Part shown: positions 23,521 to 31,200 of the stretch, in pieces
Position numbering within the stretch: the stretch's first letter is position 1
How the letters are laid out: each line of letters begins with the position of its first letter
Origin: a virus
DNA length: 40,263 nt
Direction: 5' to 3' (one strand)
IMG/VR virus record: IMGVR_UViG_3300017782_000058
Notes under the pieces: generated by a model
The model's database searches: none
What the model saw: only the letters and a program-made list of their open reading frames with translations
What the model was told of the DNA's origin: nothing
Program-made: the position numbers and the translations under genes

Positions 23521-23756
23521 GCGCCAAGAAACCTTCTCAATGTGAGTTAATCCTCGAACACCTGGAGAACGAGGGGCCGCTAACGCCCCTCGATGCTCTT
23601 AATCTATTTGGTTGTTTTCGTCTTACGTCTAGGATCTGGGATCTTAAACAAGATGGGCATGACATCCAAACGGCAACGAAAAATTTGCCAAACGGTAAAT
23701 CAGTGGCCGTATATTCACTGATAAAAAAAACTAAACAAGGAGTATTACCATTATGA
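23517..23756 (+). CDS. Winged-helix DNA-binding protein (HTH_39-like)
   Basis: A 79-aa ORF. ILEHLENEGPLTPLDALNLFGCFRLTSRIWDLKQDGHDI ... VAVYSL is the pattern I associate with the HTH_39 helix-turn-helix family. Confidence 0.6.
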   Translation: MSAKKPSQCELILEHLENEGPLTPLDALNLFGCFRLTSRIWDLKQDGHDIQTATKNLPNGKSVAVYSLIKKTKQGVLPL

Positions 23757-24715
23757 GTAATCCAAATATTGTAACCATACCGGTTACTGATGAAGAGAGC
23801 TGGCTACAAAATCGCTTGCTTGATGTAACTTCTACCGAGGTGTCGGCCTTATATGACCTGTCACCATACACCACTGAATACGAGCTTTATCATACAAAGA
23901 AAAATAAAGAGATCGTGCGGTTAGAAGAGAATGAACGTATGACCTGGGGCAAGCGCCTCGAGGGCAGCATTGCAAATGGTGCAGCTGAAAGTATGGGCTG
24001 GAACATTTCAAAAATGGATGTCTATATCCGCAACCCAGAAACCAGGTTGGGCAGTTCGTTTGATTATCAGATCGACAGCAAAAGTGATGGCGTTGGCATT
24101 CTCGAGGTAAAGAATGTTGACGGTAGTGTGTACCGTAGAAATTGGAATGATGATGGGGCCGGGAATATAGAAGCTCCGCAACACATCGAGTTACAGATCC
24201 AGCATCAAATGGAAGTGGCTGACGTTTCATGGTGCGCTCTTGTTGCGCTTGTTGGTGGTAACACACAAAAAGTTATTTACCGAAACAGGGATCGTGAGAT
24301 CGGATCTGACCTAACCAATAAGGTGAAAGCCTTTTGGGCTCGGGTTGATGCCGGCACACCACCGTCAGCTGATTATGCTAAAGACGCAGAGTTTATTATA
24401 AAGACACTGCGTAACCATGCAGAAGCAGGCTTAGTGGCCCAGGCCGATCACGATCTCGAGGAGCTTATAAGATCTTATGCTCATGCCAGTCAAGAGGCTA
24501 GCGACATGGGCAAGATTAAAGATGCTTACAAAGCGCAGATCCTGGAGCGTACAGGCGAGGCCAGCAAAATACTTAGCAGCATTGGATCTATCTCATGCGG
24601 TATGAGTAAAGGCAGCCAGGGCACGTTGATTACAGAAGACATGGTTGGAACATATCTGAACCCGAGAAAAGGTTACAGAATGTTTCGTTTAACAAAAAAC
24701 AAAGGGAGTAACTAA
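23753..24715 (+). CDS. YqaJ-like (lambda Exo-fold) recombination exonuclease
   Basis: A 320-aa ORF. It has the N-terminal STEVSALYDLSPYTTEYELY and the PD-(D/E)xK block DGVGILEVKNV. It is paired with the RecT gene downstream. Confidence 0.75.
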   Translation: MSNPNIVTIPVTDEESWLQNRLLDVTSTEVSALYDLSPYTTEYELYHTKKNKEIVRLEENERMTWGKRLEGSIANGAAESMGWNISKMDVYIRNPETRLGSSFDYQIDSKSDGVGILEVKNVDGSVYRRNWNDDGAGNIEAPQHIELQIQHQMEVADVSWCALVALVGGNTQKVIYRNRDREIGSDLTNKVKAFWARVDAGTPPSADYAKDAEFIIKTLRNHAEAGLVAQADHDLEELIRSYAHASQEASDMGKIKDAYKAQILERTGEASKILSSIGSISCGMSKGSQGTLITEDMVGTYLNPRKGYRMFRLTKNKGSN

Positions 24716-25575
24716 TGACAAAAAGTACAGCGCTTAGTCCAATGGAAGCGATGCGAGGCACGCTTACTACGATGTCAAATGAATTTGAAGCAGCTTTGCC
24801 ACCGCAAATTTCTGTAGACAAATTTATTCGCACAACAATTACAGCCGTGCAAATGAACCCAGATCTGCTGCAGGCAGACAGGAAAAGTTTGCTTGGTACT
24901 TGTATGAAGGCAGCTCAAGATGGGTTGATGTTAGATGGCCGTGAAGCAGCACCAGTAATTTTCAGATCTAAGTCTGGGCCTACTGTGCAGTATATGCCAA
25001 TGGTTGGCGGCATCTTAAAAAAGATACGTAACAGCGGAGAGCTGGCCAGCATCAGTGCCCAGGTGGCATACAGTAGAGATCATTTTGATTATGAGCTTGG
25101 TGACAATGAAACAATAATTCATAAACCATCTCTGGGAGCTGATCGAGGTGTGCCTATGGCTGTATATGCAATTGCCAAAACAAAAGACGGTGCAGTTTAT
25201 CGTGAGGTAATGTCTGTTGATGATGTAGAGAAAGTGCGTAAATCTTCTAGAGCTGGACAGTATGGCCCCTGGAAAGATTGGTGGGATGAGATGGCAAAGA
25301 AGACTGTTATTCGCCGTATTGCTAAACGACTACCATCTAGCGCAGACGTTGATGCTGTAATGCAATCGGATCTCGAGGCATCTGGGTTTGATAACAGCCC
25401 TGTTAAGAAACAGCCTGTAGATATAACACCGCCGCCAAGTGAGCAGCAAGAGCCACTGAAGCGCCTTAAACAATCTATTGGTATAGATGTGCCGGAAGAG
25501 AACCAGGACGCTGTAGCGGCCTCAGAGGAGCCTAGCAATGGAGATGATATCCCTGACGCCCAGCCAACTAGCTGA
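24715..25575 (+). CDS. recT: RecT-family single-strand annealing protein
   Basis: A 286-aa ORF. YMPMVGGILKKIRNSGE...VYREVMSVDDVEKVRKSS...WDEMAKKTVIRRIAKRLP is typical of RecT. Confidence 0.8.
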   Translation: MTKSTALSPMEAMRGTLTTMSNEFEAALPPQISVDKFIRTTITAVQMNPDLLQADRKSLLGTCMKAAQDGLMLDGREAAPVIFRSKSGPTVQYMPMVGGILKKIRNSGELASISAQVAYSRDHFDYELGDNETIIHKPSLGADRGVPMAVYAIAKTKDGAVYREVMSVDDVEKVRKSSRAGQYGPWKDWWDEMAKKTVIRRIAKRLPSSADVDAVMQSDLEASGFDNSPVKKQPVDITPPPSEQQEPLKRLKQSIGIDVPEENQDAVAASEEPSNGDDIPDAQPTS

Positions 25576-25732
25576 ACGGTTGCAGATCGCAGAGCAAACT
25601 TTGCGTAAATGGCGGCTGTCCGGTGCAGGCCCGGCGTATGTCAAACTTGGTGATACACGTAATGCAAAAGTTAGATATCGCCTGGTAGACGTTGAAGCCT
25701 GGGAACAATCTAATCGGATAACCCCGGAGTAA
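25538..25732 (+). CDS. Excisionase/AlpA-type (MerR-superfamily) HTH protein
   Basis: A 64-aa ORF. LTPSQLAERLQIAEQTLRKWRLSGAGPAYVKLG..VRYRLVDVEAWE is the excisionase-family HTH pattern. Confidence 0.6.
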   Translation: MEMISLTPSQLAERLQIAEQTLRKWRLSGAGPAYVKLGDTRNAKVRYRLVDVEAWEQSNRITPE

Positions 25733-25738
25733 AAAAGT

Positions 25739-25776
25739 GGCCGGCCTTAGACCAGGGAGAAAAACTAAGGCCGGCC
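25739..25776. terminator. Bidirectional rho-independent terminator between convergent units
   Basis: A perfect 12-bp stem, GGCCGGCCTTAG / CTAAGGCCGGCC, with a 14-nt loop. On the minus strand TTTTTT follows the stem after 2 nt. On the plus strand TTTTT lies 9 nt downstream of the stem. Confidence 0.75.
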
Positions 25777-25782
25777 CCCATG

Positions 25783-25836
25783 CTACTTTTTAGGTGGCTT
25801 GGGTTTCTTCGGTGGTTTAGGTTTACCGTATGCCAT
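25783..25836 (-). CDS. Candidate 17-aa Lys/Pro-rich micropeptide (MAYGKPKPPKKPKPPKK)
   Basis: AAGGAG lies 7 nt upstream of the ATG at 25836. The ORF starts 19 nt after the endolysin stop, and its TAG lies 6 nt before the terminator stem. Confidence 0.35.
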   Translation of the reverse strand: MAYGKPKPPKKPKPPKK

Positions 25837-25855
25837 TTTCTTTCTCCTTTTCTAG

Positions 25856-26311
25856 TTAAACAATCATCTCAAAATGTGGGCCATCTATAAACGGCCTACG
25901 GTTCTGAGCTCTACGGGTATCGATGTAATCGTTCATGGCTTCTTCCATCGTCCCATTCCATTCCCTTAGATCAGGGATATGCCACGCAGCTCCCCACCTA
26001 ATTGGAATTCCAATTTCTTTTGCTGCAAGTTTCATAGCATCAGCTACATCATCATAAATGTTTAGCTCCCAGCTTACTGCGCCATCAACATAAGCCACCA
26101 GATCTACAGCGTGGCCGACTAGGTGTTTGCTTTTCATGGTCTGGCTTTTGCCAGCTGCAACATATTTGGCCTGAGTTTCTTCAGTTCTCAAACCTTCTGT
26201 CACACCAAAATCAACTTTGGTAATTTCGATAGCCCGGCTAACTACGCCGATCAAATCTCGGTGCACACCTTCTAGCCTGCCCAAAGATCGTTGTGATAAT
26301 TTAAAACTCAT
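25856..26311 (-). CDS. Endolysin, M15-family (VanY / L-Ala-D-Glu peptidase-like) zinc peptidase
   Basis: A 151-aa ORF. SKHLVGHAVDL (the H-x6-D motif) and DGPHFE give the zinc ligands. Its start overlaps the holin stop in an ATGA overlap. Confidence 0.8.
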   Translation of the reverse strand: MSFKLSQRSLGRLEGVHRDLIGVVSRAIEITKVDFGVTEGLRTEETQAKYVAAGKSQTMKSKHLVGHAVDLVAYVDGAVSWELNIYDDVADAMKLAAKEIGIPIRWGAAWHIPDLREWNGTMEEAMNDYIDTRRAQNRRPFIDGPHFEMIV

Positions 26312-26703
26312 TTTGTTAATCCTTTTACTTTTTCTACGGTACGCAAACCACCAAGCCCCAACATACCTAACAAGACTGTCATCAGGCTATCCATGTCAAA
26401 CGCCGGCAGTTCTGGTGGTTCCATGCCAGCATAAGCAAAGGCAAACATTGTGATGGGAGCTATTACAAAATGCCATAGCATGGCAAAGCTCAAGCCCCAG
26501 CCCAGGAAGGGCCGCCAACCCGCCACAAAAATACTTCTGTGTTGGGCCTCCATCTTATTTATTTCTAGCTGCCCCATGTTTGCTTCATGCATTTGTTTTT
26601 CTGCCATTGTGGCAATGTCATGAGCCAGTTTATTTTTTTGGTCTTTGTCCTCAATAAATTTATCGAGTAATCCGGTGACCGGGCCGATCAATGCTTGTAT
26701 CAT
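26308..26703 (-). CDS. Holin (resembles the 3-TM gene-transfer-agent-type holin family)
   Basis: A 131-aa ORF. HRSIFVAGWRPFLGWGLSFAMLWHFVIAPI plus two further hydrophobic segments. It lies immediately upstream of the endolysin gene. Confidence 0.65.
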   Translation of the reverse strand: MIQALIGPVTGLLDKFIEDKDQKNKLAHDIATMAEKQMHEANMGQLEINKMEAQHRSIFVAGWRPFLGWGLSFAMLWHFVIAPITMFAFAYAGMEPPELPAFDMDSLMTVLLGMLGLGGLRTVEKVKGLTK

Positions 26704-26939
26704 TGTTGCACCTCTTCCATTAGTTTAGTTATGTGAAACTTACCGTCAGGACTTTTCTCTAACTGGACAGTAATTTCTTTACATTGCCAGCGCTGATCAA
26801 AATCAGATCCGCCTACAATGTTTCTTTTTATCTTACGCTTGGTTGCCAAGCACTCTGATAAACTTTCATAGGGTGTATATTCAATTGGCACATCTTCACT
26901 GGAAGACCACAACAACAACACAAATACCATCTCAATCAT
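26700..26939 (-). CDS. Small secreted/membrane protein (lysis-cassette associated)
   Basis: A 79-aa ORF with the hydrophobic N-terminus MIEMVFVLLLWSSS and no lipobox Cys. It has 4-nt overlaps with both neighbouring genes. Confidence 0.45.
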   Translation of the reverse strand: MIEMVFVLLLWSSSEDVPIEYTPYESLSECLATKRKIKRNIVGGSDFDQRWQCKEITVQLEKSPDGKFHITKLMEEVQQ

Positions 26940-27340
26940 TTTGTATATCCATTAACTCTAAGTTTCTCGATGTTCTCCTCAATAGTAGTAATACGTTTTT
27001 CATAAAATTCTAACGTAAGTTTTTGTTGCTGATCATATGGAGCCCGGCCAGTTTCTATTTCGGTTTGTAATTTTTCTAATTCTTTTGCCAGGTGTTCAAT
27101 CAACATAAACTGTTCACTATCTGCAGGCAGTGAACCCATCTCGCCTCTAGGCCATTTGATCCTAAACTCTGTATTCTTTTCGAGATCAGCTTGCATCATG
27201 GTCTGGTTTGTTTGAAGAGTATTTAATTTTTCAACCACGCCAAAGTATGCCCATGTAGCCACACTTGCTGCAGCGATCATGCTAAGAATATTTCTTAGTG
27301 GTAATGCAACCTCAGTATTTTCATTTATCTTTGGCATCAC
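26936..27340 (-). CDS. Type-II membrane protein with a coiled coil (i-spanin-like architecture)
   Basis: A 134-aa ORF with an N-terminal TM segment (ILSMIAAASVATWAYFGVV) followed by a long heptad-rich helical region. Confidence 0.4.
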   Translation of the reverse strand: MMPKINENTEVALPLRNILSMIAAASVATWAYFGVVEKLNTLQTNQTMMQADLEKNTEFRIKWPRGEMGSLPADSEQFMLIEHLAKELEKLQTEIETGRAPYDQQQKLTLEFYEKRITTIEENIEKLRVNGYTK

Positions 27341-27555
27341 TTCCCATGATCTTTTTCACTCGACAGCCAGACTGCCAGCGATCCTGTCATGCTGCCAGAC
27401 ACCACAGAAATCATGGCGCTTTGTTGAGTTGTTAAATTCTCGAGGCTTATTCCCCATTCGATTACTCTTATATAAACTAACGTCATTACTACCATCATAA
27501 ACCTGGGTAGGATACGTAGCTCTAACATTCTGCGTGCGATATATTCTACTGTCAT
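27337..27555 (-). CDS. Small membrane protein
   Basis: A 72-aa ORF with two hydrophobic segments (FMMVVMTLVYIRVI; MISVVSGSMTGSLAVWL). Confidence 0.4.
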   Translation of the reverse strand: MTVEYIARRMLELRILPRFMMVVMTLVYIRVIEWGISLENLTTQQSAMISVVSGSMTGSLAVWLSSEKDHGK

Positions 27556-28007
27556 ATTGCTTTACCCTTTACTAAAAATGCTACGAATATAATCAAAGCA
27601 ATGCCAGCTCCAACAATTAGAAATGCAGTGAACCCTAGTTCTATCCATTCTTCTATTTTGGCTTGCCTTTGAAATTTTATTCTTTGTTCTTCTTTTGCAG
27701 CTTCGTTTCTTTCACGCGCAGCTTTTGCCTGGAAGGAGATCCAATCACCCCAGAGCCCCGGCCTGCCTACGTATATCATTAATTGTTTAAGTTCTTCTTC
27801 CTGTTCACGCAGCTGCTCGAGCGCCAGGAATTCTTCCAAATCTGATTTGTCTGATTTGCCGCTGCTGTTAACAGCCTTTTGTAGTTTAGCTTTACTATCG
27901 AAATATGTGACAATGTTTTTACCGGCGGATGCAATGTCCCCGGTATTCTGCAGTGCTGATTTTATAACTTGGAAAGCCGCATTACACGCAGCGATTTCTG
28001 CCAACAT
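27552..28007 (-). CDS. Tail-anchored membrane protein with a coiled coil
   Basis: A 151-aa ORF with a C-terminal TM segment (LGFTAFLIVGAGIALIIFVAFLV) and a charged helical middle region. Confidence 0.4.
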   Translation of the reverse strand: MLAEIAACNAAFQVIKSALQNTGDIASAGKNIVTYFDSKAKLQKAVNSSGKSDKSDLEEFLALEQLREQEEELKQLMIYVGRPGLWGDWISFQAKAARERNEAAKEEQRIKFQRQAKIEEWIELGFTAFLIVGAGIALIIFVAFLVKGKAI

Positions 28008-28022
28008 ATTTGCCTCATTGTT

Positions 28023-28265
28023 TTATTTTTGCCTTTCAATCAACCTGTCAATTTTAAGATCGATGTTATCCAATCTACTTAGAACACGGTTGATATCTTC
28101 TTGCGCCTCATTTTTTGTTACATATTCTTTCGCAATCTCTTCTCTTGTTTTGTTAAGAAGAATAGTAATGCGATCCAATTCATCTGTTTTGCTCTTTATA
28201 AAATATGCGCTTACCCCAATAGACAGGGTAAGCAACACATTCCAAATCGTTTGTACTTCTTCCAT
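28023..28265 (-). CDS. Small membrane protein with a coiled coil
   Basis: An 80-aa ORF with an N-terminal TM segment (WNVLLTLSIGVSAYFI) followed by a helical region. Its start overlaps the fibre stop in a TAATG overlap. Confidence 0.4.
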   Translation of the reverse strand: MEEVQTIWNVLLTLSIGVSAYFIKSKTDELDRITILLNKTREEIAKEYVTKNEAQEDINRVLSRLDNIDLKIDRLIERQK

Positions 28266-31200
28266 TAAGCCTGGCTCTCAGACCATGAGATACGTGAGTT
28301 CACGATCAAAGGATTAGAGCTGGTCACTGTTCCAGGGTCTTCTGTAAGCCTTGCAACAACAGTCAAAATGTCTGGGCCATCAGGGAATGTATTGTTACCG
28401 CCCATGATTGAGTTACCTAGTGAAGCAACTTCACCCAAAGTTTGCTCTGTAAGTGCCTGGCTTCTAGCTGTTGAACCTGTACCGCCAGACGCTCTGAACC
28501 TATACAAGTTCACACCACCTTCGATGCTGTCTCCTGTACCGTGATAAATCAGCTGGGACAGTGATGGGTTTTCAACAGCCTGCCAGCTGGCGTTATCAAT
28601 AGCGCCATTCAATCTTAGAGAAACCTCGATTGTGTGAGTTGTCAAAACACCTACTGAATTTAGTAGCAGCTGCATACGGTTAATGATCTCACGCTCACCT
28701 AGCTCACCAATTGTTCCGGTGTCTACTGATGGGGCCAATCTAATAGAAATTAGTGGCACATCATAAACAACCGGCGTTGCTGCGTTAGCTAATGTGACTG
28801 TGTACGTGCTGTTCGAGCCTGCTGTACCTGTTGGCTGCTTATCTATAACAATTAAGTTTCTTGTTTGTAGATCGCTGTAGTTCGTACCTTGCGCTGCAAA
28901 AATCTCAGGCAGATAAGTGGCAGACGGTGTGATGTTTCTGTCGTATGGATTACGTAATCTTGTATCACTCGACAGGTTAGCACCTGTAACAGTTTGCCCG
29001 GAAGTAAGCTGGTTGTAGTTAATGTTAGTGTTTGTTTCTAAGGCATAACCAATTCTACGCCATCTACCAAACACTACGCTGTAGTAATAATTCGTATAAT
29101 CAACCTTACCTGTTACAGCAATTGTTGCGCTACCAGACACGGCAACGTCATTAGACGCAGCTGTAAAGACGTATGCTTTATCGTCATCAAACGTACCGTC
29201 CATAATTACAGACGTACCCCAGTGTGCCAGGGCAGGCACGTATGTAGGCGTGCCAATATTCTGAATGTCATATCGGGCCGGCATATTACCGGATCTCATA
29301 TACGCTTCTGTTTCTAAGTTGTTGTGGATAAATGCGTGCACATATTGAACGTCACCATCCTGGTCTTTAAAACCAAATCTAATTTTACCAGCGCCGTACC
29401 ATGAATAATCTATGTAGGCCATCTGGATTTTGTTTAGATCTATGACATAGCCTGTCGGGCCTAGACCGTCAGCTGTATCAATATTCCAATTAGCTTGGTT
29501 TACTTTAATTGTTTCAGTGATTGTGCCAATGACGCCATCACTTGTTTTGCCCCGGTATGATGGGGTGATGTACATAATCGTATCACTGTCAATTTTAGCG
29601 ATCTGATATGTTTGACCTTTAAGAACAATGTAATCATTCACATTACACTGGCTAGAAAATTTAGTGTTGATACCAGATACAACGCCAGCGCCAAACGTAG
29701 TAGTCATTGACCCGGCTAGCTGTTTAATAGATTTACGTCTACAACATTTTAAATTTTGACCATCATACTCAAAGAACATACCGTTCTGATCGTCAAACAA
29801 TCCGCAACGTAGCTGGCTGTTTTGCCATGCGTTAACATGGTAATAACCATATCCCCCGGTACTAACAGCCTGTGGTGGAGTAGATGGCAAAGTAATGTGG
29901 AAACTGTAATCATCATAAATTGCAGTCACACTAAACGTGCCGTTAAAATAGTCTTGCCCCAGGAATAGATCGACACCATTAATTGTAATTTCTAGACCGG
30001 CAGAAAGACGGTGTGCAAATTTTGTATATACCCTAGCTTGGGCTCCACCAAGAGCATAATCGATACGCTCAATCTGAGTAGTGGGACTAAAGTTTACAGC
30101 AAATGAAACCTGGATACCCTTACCAGATTGGTATCGGAAATATTTACGTGTCTGACGTATCATTTGACTGTCGGGATTTGTAGACGGGATCAGCTCGACA
30201 CCACCATCATAAGGTCTGTGTAATGCAAAGCCATCTGCACGCAACACCAGTGATGTACCCACAGAGTAATTAATGTCTGACAAACTTTCTGTAGAGCTTT
30301 CATCAATCTGAATTTTAGTTGGTGACAATACAGATTTCACTCGGTGAACAATTGTATCACCAGTTGTAAGAACCTTTTTTAGAACGCCGCTACTAATTGT
30401 ACCGCTGAATGTAACGTGATTTGCCGCAGCTGCTGCGTCAGTTGCATTGGTGTACATTTTGACAGAGTTATTATCAACTACACCAACATAGTAGAAAAAC
30501 CCACTAACCAAACCTGTCGGTACTGATGATGCCTCAAAGATAACCAGGTCACCATTTGAGTAGCCATGATTAGTAGAGGTGTTAAGATCTGTCCCCCCGG
30601 AGAGAGATGCAATTACTTTTTGGTCAAAAGTTTCTGGCTTGTACAAAGATATATCATCACCAGTTTTAAAGAACGATGTAAAGTTTGTACCAGCTCCAGT
30701 AATAGTAGAGCTATCAATTGGCAGAGTTACAGTGCCTTGCCCTGCAATCTCACCAATAAGATTGTTTGTTTCTAAGTTAGCCTGGCCAACACCTTTTGAT
30801 GTTAGAGTAACTTGTGTCCCGTCTAATGCATCATCGTATGAGGCAGCTAGCTTGACCCAGTTTTGTGATACCCGAATAATGTAATAAACAGTGTTATCTG
30901 TTAGACCGCCTGTCGCGGTTGTTCCTTCTTGGTATGTAATGGCAAAACCAGTACGCAAGAAATGGTCAGGTATTCTGATGCTGTCTTGCTCAATCCAAAC
31001 ACTACTGTCTGGGTCAAATGGGATTGACCGTTTTGGTATTGTTGCTCCGGCCTGCATTTCAAATGTATTGTCATCAATCTTTCTGGTCATTTTGTAAACG
31101 CTGTCTGATGCTCCATCCACACTAGCTGTGAATTTTTGTGCACCAGCGCCTGCACCAGTTAGATCTACAATGTCTGTTTTTCTTACTCGGCCCGTGCCAG

